Shown piece after piece: positions 9,387 to 19,057 of a stretch of DNA of 64,000 nucleotides (its first letter is position 1; every line of letters starts with the position of its first letter). The notes beneath the pieces are model-generated. The model searched no databases. It was not told where the DNA came from and saw only the letters and a list, made by a program, of their open reading frames with translations. The DNA lies in contig JBMNFY010000006.1 in assembly GCA_050949565.1 (NCBI GenBank), positions 96,001 through 160,000 of the forward strand, in the 5' to 3' direction. The position numbers and the translations under genes were made by a program. Source of the stretch: Kiritimatiellia bacterium. GTDB lineage: Bacteria > Verrucomicrobiota > Kiritimatiellia > RFP12 > UBA1067.

Positions 9387-10894
9387 GCACGGTGCGCGTC
9401 AGCGGACGTCAACTCACCGTTACGCACCGCGCGATAGCGGTGGCTGTCGGTCTGTTGCTGGTGCCGGGGCTTGTGCGGCCTGACGTGCAGACGACATCCG
9501 AGTGGCGGCTCTCTAGCGCATCCGCCGCGATGACGCTCGATCCGATGCGTAGCCATGCGGTGGTGGCGAGCGAGGCAACGGTTACACGGCCGGCGTGGCG
9601 TCGCGTGATCGAGCTGCTGCGTACGAAATATGAGGCGGAAGTTGTGCTCTATCCGACCGGACACTTGGAGCAGTCCTTGCCCAGCCTGCGGCGGCTCTTT
9701 CCGAACTATGCGTGTTTTGTCGAACCGCCAGAGACCTGCGGACGCGGGTTTGTTCTGGCGGTTCACCGACTGACGCGTCAACTCGATGATGATCCGTACG
9801 GAGATTTGCTCTGGGGCATTCTGACTGGCTATGAGGCCGACGACGCCGCGCGTGCGGTCAAGTTGCGTGAGCCGCTGATCATTAGGCGTGGCGCGACCAG
9901 TATGGGGCCGGATCTTCTGTCGCGGTTGGATGCCGGTTTCGCCACGAACGAAAACGCACCGTCGGACTTTTGGCGGAAATCTTCCGGTACGGTCGCCGCC
10001 GAGCACCGCAACGTGACGCCGGACGCCGCGCGCGCCTTGGCGCAGGCATTCCGCGAGATGTCGGTCGATGTCTTTTACACCAGCGGCCACGCTACAGAAC
10101 GGGACTGGCAGATCGCCTACAACCTGCCGGGAGGTGCGGTGATTCATGAACGCGGCGCACTCTATGCGGTGAGTACCGACAACACGCGGCACCCGTTTGA
10201 GTCGCCCAATCCCAAGGTTTATCTGCCGGTGGGCAACTGCTTGATCGGCCATATCGATACGCGTGATTGCATGACCACCGCGTGGTTGCATAGCGGAGGT
10301 GTCGCGCAGATGCTCGGCTATACTGCGGTCACGTTTTACGGGTACATGGGGTGGGGGACGGGCCTGCTGTTCGAGGATGGACGCCTGACGCTGAGCGAGG
10401 CATTTTTCCTGAACAACCAATCTCTGTTGCATGAGATGGAACGGCGCTTCCCGAACGCGTTGCGGACACAACCTGAATCAGACGACTACCGTAGCGTCAA
10501 GGTCTTTTGTCAACGACACCCCATGCGTGCGCGTGATGAACTCGGTCTGCTTTGGGATCGTGACACCGTCGCGTTTTACGGCGATCCGGCTTGGGCGGCG
10601 CGCTATCCGGTTGCAGGCGCGGCGGTTGAAACGGTCTTGACGCAGCGGGGGGAGCGCTGGGCGCTGACCGCGACCGCCCATCGAACTGGCGTGTGGGAAG
10701 ACCCCAAGTGGGGTGGCCGACCGTTGGCCGTCCTATTTCCCTTCCGTTTGTGTGATATCGCCAACGTTTCGTGCGAACCCAGTGGAGAAGCGTTGGTGAC
10801 TGACCGTTTTGCGCTGCTGCCCGTGTCCGGGCGACGTAAGGCGGGCGATCGCTACACACTGACTTTTACAGCGCGGCGTGTGGAAACGCCGTGA
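9383..10894 (+). CDS. Hypothetical exported protein, possibly clan CD (gingipain/C25-like) peptidase fold
   Basis: Overlaps the upstream stop (ATGA); N-terminal hydrophobic segment; TSGHA ... VGNCLIG His/Cys pair and FYGDPA motif. Confidence 0.6.
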   Translation: MSTVRVSGRQLTVTHRAIAVAVGLLLVPGLVRPDVQTTSEWRLSSASAAMTLDPMRSHAVVASEATVTRPAWRRVIELLRTKYEAEVVLYPTGHLEQSLPSLRRLFPNYACFVEPPETCGRGFVLAVHRLTRQLDDDPYGDLLWGILTGYEADDAARAVKLREPLIIRRGATSMGPDLLSRLDAGFATNENAPSDFWRKSSGTVAAEHRNVTPDAARALAQAFREMSVDVFYTSGHATERDWQIAYNLPGGAVIHERGALYAVSTDNTRHPFESPNPKVYLPVGNCLIGHIDTRDCMTTAWLHSGGVAQMLGYTAVTFYGYMGWGTGLLFEDGRLTLSEAFFLNNQSLLHEMERRFPNALRTQPESDDYRSVKVFCQRHPMRARDELGLLWDRDTVAFYGDPAWAARYPVAGAAVETVLTQRGERWALTATAHRTGVWEDPKWGGRPLAVLFPFRLCDIANVSCEPSGEALVTDRFALLPVSGRRKAGDRYTLTFTARRVETP

Positions 10895-10924
10895 CCCCAC
10901 GATAAAAAAGACAGGAGAGAGAGT

Positions 10925-11578
10925 ATGGAACCTCTGTTGGTAAAAAAGTTTAGCGCTGTGCCGGGTATGAACCTGACAGACATCGCTGAACGCCTGAATG
11001 CCGAGACGTCCGAAAACCGCGTGGCGTGCGTCAACTGGCCGCAACAGTATCCGGAGTGTCCGCAGGTCTCGTTCCGCATTGGCCACGCCGATGACGAGCT
11101 GTGGCTGGGGTTCAAGGTGCGTGAGTCCCGCGTACTGGGGCAGCAGACGCGCATTCATGGCGATGTGTACATGGACAGTTGCGTTGAGTTTTTTGTCTCG
11201 TTCGACAACAAAGCCTACTACAACCTCGAAATGAACTGCATCGGTACGCCGCACATGGGATATGGGCCGGGGCGCGCGGATCGGCGCTTTGTGCCGTTGC
11301 CCTTGATGCAACGGTTAGAGATCGAGACCTCGCTGGGACGCGAGCCGTTCGCCGAACGGGTGGGGGATGTCACATGGACACTGACGGCGCGCGTGCCGAT
11401 CGCCTGCTTCGCGTTTGATGTTTTGAGCGGTCTGAGCGGTCGTACAGCACGGGCCAACGCCTACAAGTGCAACAGCGGGGCGTCCATCAAACATTATGTG
11501 ACGTGGCGACCGGTTGATACACCGGCTCCAGATTATCACCGACCAGAATTTTTCGGCGACATTCGGTTCGAGGATTAA
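10925..11578 (+). CDS. Carbohydrate-binding family 9-like (DOMON-like) protein
   Basis: DSCVEFF, YYNLEMNCIG, ANAYKC, PDYHRPEFFG; AGGAG RBS. Confidence 0.85.
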   Translation: MEPLLVKKFSAVPGMNLTDIAERLNAETSENRVACVNWPQQYPECPQVSFRIGHADDELWLGFKVRESRVLGQQTRIHGDVYMDSCVEFFVSFDNKAYYNLEMNCIGTPHMGYGPGRADRRFVPLPLMQRLEIETSLGREPFAERVGDVTWTLTARVPIACFAFDVLSGLSGRTARANAYKCNSGASIKHYVTWRPVDTPAPDYHRPEFFGDIRFED

Positions 11579-11655
11579 TGGTGGGCGCTACAGGATTCGA
11601 ACCTGTGACTTCTACCGTGTGAAAGTAGCGCTCTAACCAACTGAGCTAAGCGCCC
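11579..11655 (-). tRNA. tRNA-Val (anticodon CAC), CCA encoded
   Basis: Reverse complement GGGCGCTTAGCTCAGTTGGTTAGAGCGCTACTTTCACACGGTAGAAGTCACAGGTTCGAATCCTGTAGCGCCCACCA folds as a cloverleaf with T-loop GTTCGAATC. Confidence 0.97.
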
Positions 11656-11677
11656 GCACCGTCAGAAAACGAGGGGA

Positions 11678-11707
11678 TTTATACCATTGAGCAGGGCGGC
11701 GTGTCAA
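11678..11707 (-). promoter_or_regulatory. Putative sigma70 promoter of tRNA-Val
   Basis: Minus strand TTGACA-18 nt-TATAAA with TG extended -10, ~22 nt upstream of the tRNA. Confidence 0.7.
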
Positions 11708-11728
11708 GGGCGTGCGTTAAAAAAACGC

Positions 11729-12370
11729 TCAACGCTCGAAGCAGAGCGCTTCGACCTGTGCGCAGAGCGCGTGGTAGAGCGGCAGGTGGAGTTCCTGCAC
11801 GCGGTAGGTTTCGGTTTCGGGCACTTTGAAAATCAGGTCGCAAAAGGCATCGATGCGCCCCGGTCGCGCCCCCGTGAAGCCAATAGTCGTCAAGCCTGCC
11901 GCTCGCGCCGTTTGCATAGCGCGCAAGACGTTTTCGGCATTGCCGCTGGTGCTGAGCCCGATCAGGATGTCGCCGGGACGGCCCAGTGCGAAGACCTGTT
12001 GCGCGAAGATCAGCTCAGGACCGAGGTCGTTCGCGGTCGCGGTGATAATCGACGCGGCGTCGCAAAGGTTGATGGCGCGCACGCCGCGTTGCAGTTTGGC
12101 GGCGAGCGATGCGTCGCCCAACTCGCGCGCGAGGGCGTCGGCCTGTTCGGATGCCGGCGGACGCCGTTTCAGAAATCCCTTCAGCAATTCGCTGGAGATG
12201 TGCGAGGCATCCGCGGCGCTGCCGCCATTGCCGCACAACAGCACCAGACCGTCACGTGCATGGCAATCAACGATGGTCTCCACGGCTGCGGCCAGTACGT
12301 CGGCAAGCGGGGCAAGGCACGGATAGCGCTGGAAAAGGTCGTCAGTCATATCGCGGATCATTTGATTCAT
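11729..12370 (-). CDS. SIS-domain phosphoheptose isomerase-like protein (GmhA family)
   Basis: CGNGGSAADASH, ANDLG, STSGNAENV, RVQELH. Confidence 0.85.
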   Translation of the reverse strand: MNQMIRDMTDDLFQRYPCLAPLADVLAAAVETIVDCHARDGLVLLCGNGGSAADASHISSELLKGFLKRRPPASEQADALARELGDASLAAKLQRGVRAINLCDAASIITATANDLGPELIFAQQVFALGRPGDILIGLSTSGNAENVLRAMQTARAAGLTTIGFTGARPGRIDAFCDLIFKVPETETYRVQELHLPLYHALCAQVEALCFER

Positions 12371-12431
12371 GGTGAATCCAGTGTAGCGGAGGCGTGCGGA
12401 TAACGCAATGCTGCTTAGCAACCCATGAGTG

Positions 12432-13052
12432 TCAACGAAAAGACTCGCTGATGCGGAACACCTTGACGTCCTTCACCCACACCTTGCCATAACCGCTTTC
12501 GATGCCGTAGAGCAGCGTGAATCTGCCGCCAGCGGGCACGAGGTAATCAAACGACACCTTGCGCCAGTCGAACGTTCCGGCGCCAACAGACGAACTCGGC
12601 CATTGGGTGCTGCCCCCCGTCACGCCCACGAAGCCGCCGAACTTAATGTGTTCGCATCCCTTCACGTCTGCTGCCTTCATCATGCATTCGAAGCGGTACT
12701 TGCTGCCCGGCTTCACCTTGTCGCCGAGCCAGCGATGGACGACCGACCGCTTGCCGCCTTCCGGCACTACGATGGCACGTTCGACGCCGGTCTCGAACTC
12801 CGCCACGGTCTCGACGATGTCCTCGACCAGCTTCGGCAACGTGCGCCGCCTGCCGTCCATCAGCTCGGCCGTCAACGTCAACGTCTCCGCCGTCTTCTCG
12901 AGGCGTACGCATTCATCCGCAAGCGCATTCACCTCGGTGCGCAACGCAGCAACATCACGCCTCAACTCCTTGTTCCGCTCGTAGAGTTCGTCCGCCTCGT
13001 CCGCCACGGTGGCCATCGCCAGCACGACAACCATCAGAACAATCTTGACCAT
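12432..13052 (-). CDS. Exported protein: coiled coil plus carbohydrate-binding-like jelly-roll domain
   Basis: Signal peptide, heptad-rich segment, GTFDWRKVSF ... GKVWVKDVKV CBM-like tail; GGAGG RBS. Confidence 0.7.
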   Translation of the reverse strand: MVKIVLMVVVLAMATVADEADELYERNKELRRDVAALRTEVNALADECVRLEKTAETLTLTAELMDGRRRTLPKLVEDIVETVAEFETGVERAIVVPEGGKRSVVHRWLGDKVKPGSKYRFECMMKAADVKGCEHIKFGGFVGVTGGSTQWPSSSVGAGTFDWRKVSFDYLVPAGGRFTLLYGIESGYGKVWVKDVKVFRISESFR

Positions 13053-13073
13053 ATCGACCTCCGACCTGATAAC

Positions 13074-16000
13074 TCAACCGTCTTCACCGGCGCGAAACCG
13101 GGCTTCAGTACCTTGTCGCCACGGGGGGGGAAGCTCGACCGTGCGCGTGGCGTCACCAGCGCGGAATGTCCAGCGGCCGGGCTCGATGAATCGGAACCAC
13201 GCGCGGCCCTTCGCGTCCGCCCGCACGCCGATCGTGCGCGCCCCGTCAGGCGAGAAGGCCCACACATCCTGATTGGGCGCGGCCACGACGATCGCCTCGG
13301 CATCGGGGCCGAGACGCAACGGCGCCTGCGGGATGAGCGAATCGCGGTAGGCGTCGTTCACCGCGTTGCGCACATGCGACGGATAACGCGGATCGTAGGC
13401 GTTGATCGCATCGTGTCCGTAGATCCAGTTGTGCCCGATGACGCTGGCCGCGATCGGACGGTACTCGCTGCCGGAAAGCGCCGGCCAGTCGAGGCGCAGC
13501 CAAGGGAACTGATCCGCTGCCTGGCCCGGCGGCAGCACGCCGTTCTCCCGCCAGCTTTTGAACACCGCTTCGGTGATGCCCTGCGGATTGCCCTTCCCGG
13601 TGTCGTCACGTCCGATGAAGCCGTCGCTGGAAAGGCCCATGTAGATCTGCCCCGGTACACCGAGTTCGCGGTAGAGAGAGGCGATGCGCCGCACGCGCAG
13701 GGCCTTCTTGCGCACGACCTCGGGTTTCGCGCCCACCCAGTTGTCCCACGCGCCGTATGACGTGTAGAGGGTCTCGCCGAACACAGCGGGGCGCCATTCG
13801 TAGGCGCGCTGCCAGTCACGCACCCAGGTTTCGACATTGAAATCGGGGTAGTGGTAGTTCGCGGTGTCGCAGGGGGGCTCCTCGTGCCAACGGCCCTTCG
13901 AACCCCAGGTGCCCACGTCACCGTCGCGGGTGATGACGAGCCGCGGGTCGAGCTTCTTCATGAACTGCCCGTAGAGCGCGCCCACGCGGTCGTTGCGCAC
14001 GTTGAATTCGGCTTTGCCCGCAGTATCCCACGTCTGGGTGAAGATCTCGTTGTCGGTGCTCCAGATCACGGCGCTGGGGGAGTTGCGGAAGGCGCGGAAC
14101 CAGCGTTCGTAGTTGGCGAGGTTAAAGGCGTGCTCCGCGGTCTTCTCCCATTCCTCGAAGGGTTCGAAGTTGTCCGCACTCGGCTTCTTCAGTGCGCGCC
14201 GATGGAGCACGGGGTACATCTGGAGGTAGCAGAGCATGCCCATGCGGTCAGCGGCTCGCGCCGCGTTGATGCTCCAGAACTCGCTGTCGTGGTAGCGCAC
14301 GATGTTGATGCCGTCTCGGCGCAGAAGATCCCAGGTGATCTCGCGGCGACGGCCCGTGCTGATGCCGGGGTGGCCGGTGTCACCCTGCAGGATGATACGC
14401 TTGCCATTGAGGAAGAAGTCGGTGTAGTGTACCCAGAACTCGCGAAAGCCGAACGGCTGCACATGGCGGTCCACGATACGGCTGTCCACCACCACGTCAG
14501 TGACGAGATCGTACATCTCCGGCTCGCCGTACTTGCCGCCGATGCCCCACAGGACAGGATCGGCCCAGCGCGCCACAGGCTCCACCTTCGCCTCGCCGCC
14601 CGGCGCGACCTTCGCCTTCGCCACGGGCAGCGCGAGACGCACGCGGCCGTCTTTGACCGCATACGCGCGTACCTCAGCCGCGACCGCGTCGGCACTTTCG
14701 TTGACGAGTTCGATCTCCGTACAGAGGGTTGAACGGCGCCAGGACGGCTTCGCATAGACCTCCTTCACCCGCACGGGCGAAACGTAGTCGATGAAGGTGT
14801 CGCCCAACAGACCATCCGTGTTGTGATGCTGCTGGCACCAGGCCCACTTCAACTCGATCTCGATCGTGTTACGCCCTTTCACCGCGCCCTTCAGCGGTAC
14901 GGTCACGATGCCCATGCGTCCGCAGTACTCGCCGCACGGCGTGCCGTTGCAGAAGAACTTCGCTTCGCCGATGATGCCCTCCGAAACGTAGTTGACCGTG
15001 CCCGCGCCGTCCCAGTCGAACGTGGTGCGCAGACGCAACGAACGGTTGTGATCGCCGAAGAGCGTGTCTGAGACCTTGAAGTCGGCAAAGCCGGCGAGGT
15101 TGGTGTAGGCGCACCAGGGCGTTTTCGGATTCGTACGCGCCACGGGATACCGTCCGGCGGCGAAATAGCGGTCGATGTAGACGATCGGCACGGGGCGGCG
15201 TTCCCAACTCTTGCCGCCGTCCGCCGAGACGTCCCACTCGCCGTTGATGCACAGTCGGCGGCGCGTCGCAGGGGCCGGCGGCAGCGGATCGTCGGAGGAC
15301 TTCGCCCCCAGCGCCGCCTCCCGCGCATGCTGCTCGGCGTACTTCTCCTCCACGCGCTCATACGCGACGGCGAGCGCACGTTCTGCGGCGGCGACCTTAG
15401 CGGCAAGCTCCTTTTGTCGGCTCTTGAGGTCCGGCAGACGCGCTTTGAGTTCGGCCAGTTCTTTTTCGAGTGCTTCGTTCGCGGCGCGGAGCTTTTCTGG
15501 CGTGCGTTCCGCCGCCTTCTGGTCTTCGATCACGAGACGATGCCCGCTCGGGTCGGTGAAGAACCGCACGCCCGGAATCGCCTTGTCCTCGCGGTCGGTC
15601 ACCGCCAGCGTGAAACCGCAACTCTGGGTACGGTCGACCACCTTGAGCAGGATGCGGTGGACGCCGGCGGAAAGGCGCACATCGTACTTGAACTCGCCGG
15701 GCGTGACGCCCTGCGAAGACGCGCGGCGGCCGATCTGCGCGAGGTTGAGCCAGAGCTTGTGGTCGTCGTCCGACCCCACCGCAAGCCGGGCATCAACCGC
15801 CTCGGGCACCGCCACATAGCAGCAGGCATAGGCGGCGAAATAGTCGTCGATCGGCTTGAACACGCCATCCAGAGTCACGATGCCCTGCGCGTCGGCGTCA
15901 ATCTGCCGCCAGGAGGCGTCGAAGGTCTTGGTCTCCTTGAATCCCCATTCGTTGACGGACCCGATGCCGGCAATGAGCTTTGCCTTGTCGGCGATGAACG

Positions 16001-16244
16001 TGCTCTCCGCCTTCATGCCTTTTACCGGCACGGCGTCCGTCTCAAGATCAAGGAAGTCGGTGTCAAGAGCACCCGCGCCGTCGCCCTGGTAGCTTGGCCA
16101 CGGTCCGCTCGCAAGCCACGAATCGACCGTCCCCGGCCATTTGTCGGCACCGGACGCAGCGCACGCGGTGGCGGTTGCTAGCGTAACCGCCGCCAGCAAA
16201 ACAGAACGAGAGATCTCGCCCTTGAATTCGTCAAGGATTCGCAT
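13074..16244 (-). CDS. Large exported GH2-like glycoside hydrolase with an N-terminal beta domain and coiled coil; true end may be 13034
   Basis: FGFREFWV, FFLNGKRIILQG, GINIVRYH, WSTDNE acid/base motif; signal peptide. Confidence 0.8.
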   Translation of the reverse strand: MRILDEFKGEISRSVLLAAVTLATATACAASGADKWPGTVDSWLASGPWPSYQGDGAGALDTDFLDLETDAVPVKGMKAESTFIADKAKLIAGIGSVNEWGFKETKTFDASWRQIDADAQGIVTLDGVFKPIDDYFAAYACCYVAVPEAVDARLAVGSDDDHKLWLNLAQIGRRASSQGVTPGEFKYDVRLSAGVHRILLKVVDRTQSCGFTLAVTDREDKAIPGVRFFTDPSGHRLVIEDQKAAERTPEKLRAANEALEKELAELKARLPDLKSRQKELAAKVAAAERALAVAYERVEEKYAEQHAREAALGAKSSDDPLPPAPATRRRLCINGEWDVSADGGKSWERRPVPIVYIDRYFAAGRYPVARTNPKTPWCAYTNLAGFADFKVSDTLFGDHNRSLRLRTTFDWDGAGTVNYVSEGIIGEAKFFCNGTPCGEYCGRMGIVTVPLKGAVKGRNTIEIELKWAWCQQHHNTDGLLGDTFIDYVSPVRVKEVYAKPSWRRSTLCTEIELVNESADAVAAEVRAYAVKDGRVRLALPVAKAKVAPGGEAKVEPVARWADPVLWGIGGKYGEPEMYDLVTDVVVDSRIVDRHVQPFGFREFWVHYTDFFLNGKRIILQGDTGHPGISTGRRREITWDLLRRDGINIVRYHDSEFWSINAARAADRMGMLCYLQMYPVLHRRALKKPSADNFEPFEEWEKTAEHAFNLANYERWFRAFRNSPSAVIWSTDNEIFTQTWDTAGKAEFNVRNDRVGALYGQFMKKLDPRLVITRDGDVGTWGSKGRWHEEPPCDTANYHYPDFNVETWVRDWQRAYEWRPAVFGETLYTSYGAWDNWVGAKPEVVRKKALRVRRIASLYRELGVPGQIYMGLSSDGFIGRDDTGKGNPQGITEAVFKSWRENGVLPPGQAADQFPWLRLDWPALSGSEYRPIAASVIGHNWIYGHDAINAYDPRYPSHVRNAVNDAYRDSLIPQAPLRLGPDAEAIVVAAPNQDVWAFSPDGARTIGVRADAKGRAWFRFIEPGRWTFRAGDATRTVELPPPWRQGTEARFRAGEDG

Positions 16245-16329
16245 CGATTCTGAACCCTCTCCTCATGCCAATGCCTCACGAGACGAACTATACCACAGCC
16301 GGACGAAAACAGGCAACGTAATCGGGTTT

Positions 16330-16680
16330 ACCACGAAGGCACGAAGGGCACGAAGATTTTTTGGAGGGCGAGCCTGTTATTGCGACCACCCGGTGGTCGC
16401 AATGATGAGTGTAAAAACGGGCGGGCGGACGGGCACTGGGCGCGCGCAAACCAGACACCAGACTTGCGCCGCGCGACGTGGCACGGGCATCTTGCCCGTG
16501 TGGCGGCGTGAAACGCCGCCCGGACAAGCAGACGCTTGTCCCTCCCGGTACTGCGCGAGCCCAGATAACAAGACGGGGGCGGACACGACGAATTCGATGG
16601 AATCGAAAGAATCGACGGAATCGAATCACTCGAATCTTTCGATTCCCTCGACCACTTCTCACTATTACCTCTTACTTCTC
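16330..16680. repeat. Mosaic repeat cassette: nonamer array, family E hairpin (16377-16416), half A (16478-16500), half B (16521-16546), GAATCGA nonamers, heptamers
   Basis: E copy matches 49159-49198; the GGCGGCGT(G)AAACGCCGC hairpin is shared with ~49402-49418. Confidence 0.85.
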
Positions 16681-17787
16681 GTCATCAATACCCCTGAACA
16701 CCTGGAGCCAGCGCAGGATGGGGGATTGGGTCATGCGGACGGCATTCTTCGGGCAGATTTCGTGGCAGCAACTGCAACTGATACAGCGTTGCGTGTCCAG
16801 AGCCGGAGCGGATGCGTCGGCGGGTAGGGTGAGAGCCTGAACCGGGCAGGCTTTTACGCACAGGCCGCAACGGACACAAGCGGCAGGTGTGAAGGCCGGT
16901 CGCACCCACACGATACGCCCGGTGCGCCGGATCAGCCATTCCGGCACGAGAGAGAGCAGGTGGCCCCCCGCCGGTACTTCGAATGACGGGACGGAGATCG
17001 TGTCGCCGAGCGGCTCCGGGCTTGCGGCTTGCGCATCCAGATAGGGGATGCGGCGTGGATCGATCCGCAAGATCCCGCACAAAGCATGGTCGAGCGCGAA
17101 GGGGTCGGCGGATGCAGCGAGAAAGCCGAGCGGGATCGGCCGCCCGTTGGCGGGACCCTGCCCCTCCATGCCGATGACCGCGTCGGCGAGTGTCCAGCAA
17201 GGGGGCATCACCTCCCAGAGTGCGCGCAGCAGTCGACCGAAAGTTTTGGGTTTGGGGTATTGGCGGTGCAGGGCGGTCTTGGCATAGCCCGGAATTGTGC
17301 CGTAGATGTTTTTGACAGCGGCGGTCAACAGGGTAAGCGAGTGGCTCTTGACTTTGGGCAGGTTGACGATCAGTTCGGCCTCAAGTACCGGACGTGCGAT
17401 CGGAAAGGTGAACCCGTCGCGCGTGAAGGTTTCGGCGCCGGCGTGTTCGAGAGCGATCAGGGGAACGTTTTCTTCGGCGCATACCGCACCGATTCCGGAA
17501 CGCTCCCACACACGGGCCAGATTGGCGGCGCTGGCCGGGCTGTCGCCGACCGTGACGTGGGCACCGCATGCTTTCAAGCGGCGGATCACCTGACGCACGA
17601 GCGCTGGATGGGTGGTGACCGCCTGCTCGGGTACGCGGTCGGTCAGCAGGTTGGGTTTGACCAGTACACGTCGCCCTGCCAACGTAGGATCGGCGAGCCA
17701 GCCGGTCATCTCCATGATCCGGTCCAGCGCCGGTTCCAGCGCGTTCTCGTAATTGTCACAGGCTGTCACAAAAACACGATCGTTCAT
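16672..17787 (-). CDS. DUF362-domain protein with C-terminal 2x[4Fe-4S] ferredoxin domain
   Basis: VLVKPNLL, TTHP, NLPKVKSH, GMEGQGP; CVRCGLCVKACP and CISCSCCHEICP. Confidence 0.9.
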   Translation of the reverse strand: MNDRVFVTACDNYENALEPALDRIMEMTGWLADPTLAGRRVLVKPNLLTDRVPEQAVTTHPALVRQVIRRLKACGAHVTVGDSPASAANLARVWERSGIGAVCAEENVPLIALEHAGAETFTRDGFTFPIARPVLEAELIVNLPKVKSHSLTLLTAAVKNIYGTIPGYAKTALHRQYPKPKTFGRLLRALWEVMPPCWTLADAVIGMEGQGPANGRPIPLGFLAASADPFALDHALCGILRIDPRRIPYLDAQAASPEPLGDTISVPSFEVPAGGHLLSLVPEWLIRRTGRIVWVRPAFTPAACVRCGLCVKACPVQALTLPADASAPALDTQRCISCSCCHEICPKNAVRMTQSPILRWLQVFRGIDDEK

Positions 17788-17837
17788 GGAGTCAGCTTAC
17801 CAAATCGAATGGGGCAAGAACAACACGTTCAAAGGGT

Positions 17838-17887
17838 AATCGGTGGGTGACAGGGGGTATGTGAGTTTAGTGCGAGTTTTGTGCGTG
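17838..17887. repeat. Repeat family H right end (reverse orientation)
   Basis: Degenerate match to the reverse complement of 4529-4578. Confidence 0.8.
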
Positions 17888-17973
17888 TCGTTTTATTCAC
17901 TTCCTCTCGGCGGTGGCTTGGGGTATATTCTTTTTGTGATGGTAAAAGGTTAATCAAGAAACCGGGAGTAAGC

Positions 17974-18948
17974 ATGATCGCTGGATGGATGAAAAGAATC
18001 GGGTGTGCGGGTGTGCTGGCTATGGCGTGCTGCGCGGGAGCGGCACCGAAGCCGGTCATTATCAGCACGGATATTGGCGACGATATCGATGACACGTGGG
18101 CGCTTTCGCTGGCGCTGAAATGTCCGGAACTGGACATCAAGCTGGTGATCGGCGATTACGGTAATGCCACGGAGCGGGCGCGCCTGATCGCCAAAATACT
18201 TGAGGCCGCCAAACGCACCGATATTCCCGTGGGTGTCGGGGTGAGCAAGGGTGCGAAAGACGGTGCCCACAATCAATCCAAGTGGATCGAGGGATATGAC
18301 CTTCAGCGTTATCCCGGCAAGGTGCATCAGGATGGTGTGCAGAAGTTGATTGATATCGTGATGACGTCGCCTGAGCCGGTCACGTTGATTTGCGTCGGGC
18401 CGCTTCCTAACATCGCCGAGGCGTTGCGGCGCGAGCCGCGTATCGCGCAGAAAGCCAAGTTTGTCGGCATGCACGGCAGCGTGCGGCGCGGCTACGGGGG
18501 CAGTGCCACGCCGAGCGCCGAGTGGAATGTGAGGGCCGATCCGGCTTCGTGCCGCGCCGCGCTGTCCGCGCCTTGGGATATTACGATCACCCCGCTCGAT
18601 ACCTGCGGCCTGATCCAACTCAAAGGCGAGAACTACGCGCGCCTCAACGCATCGACCGACCCCATTGTACAAGCGTTGCTGGCGAATTACCGGGCTTGGA
18701 CGGATGCGCGGGCCGCCAGAGGTCAGAAAGGCCCTTCGCCGGACACGAGCAGCACCACGCTTTTCGATTGCGTGGCGGTTTATCTCGCCATCACGCAGGA
18801 CCTGTGCGTGATGGAGAAACTCGGCATCCGCGTGGATGACGACGGGCACACGCGTGAGGACGCCTCCGCCCGTCAGATGAATGTGGCCATCGCATGGAAG
18901 GACCTGCCGGGCTTCGAGCGGTGGTTGGTTGAGAGACTTTGCAAGTAG
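17974..18948 (+). CDS. Exported nucleoside hydrolase-family protein
   Basis: STDIGDDIDD Ca-binding motif, GPLPNIA, AEWNV, TLFD; signal peptide. Confidence 0.85.
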   Translation: MIAGWMKRIGCAGVLAMACCAGAAPKPVIISTDIGDDIDDTWALSLALKCPELDIKLVIGDYGNATERARLIAKILEAAKRTDIPVGVGVSKGAKDGAHNQSKWIEGYDLQRYPGKVHQDGVQKLIDIVMTSPEPVTLICVGPLPNIAEALRREPRIAQKAKFVGMHGSVRRGYGGSATPSAEWNVRADPASCRAALSAPWDITITPLDTCGLIQLKGENYARLNASTDPIVQALLANYRAWTDARAARGQKGPSPDTSSTTLFDCVAVYLAITQDLCVMEKLGIRVDDDGHTREDASARQMNVAIAWKDLPGFERWLVERLCK

Positions 18949-19057
18949 CGGGCGAATGTCAGTCGCCGCATGCGTAACCGGTGGTAAGCAAGTGAAGGAC
19001 AGTCGGGATGGATTCGAGAGGAGTGTTTCGTCTCAGGACGCTGAAAGGGGGAGAACG

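Noticed and set aside
11579-11655. tRNA as attachment site of an integrated element
   Set aside because: No integrase and no duplicated tRNA 3' end found in the window
16141-16827. ORFs spanning intergenic cassettes (also 4025-4660 and 49120-49728)
   Set aside because: Translations are just the repeat modules, overlap real genes and have no RBS
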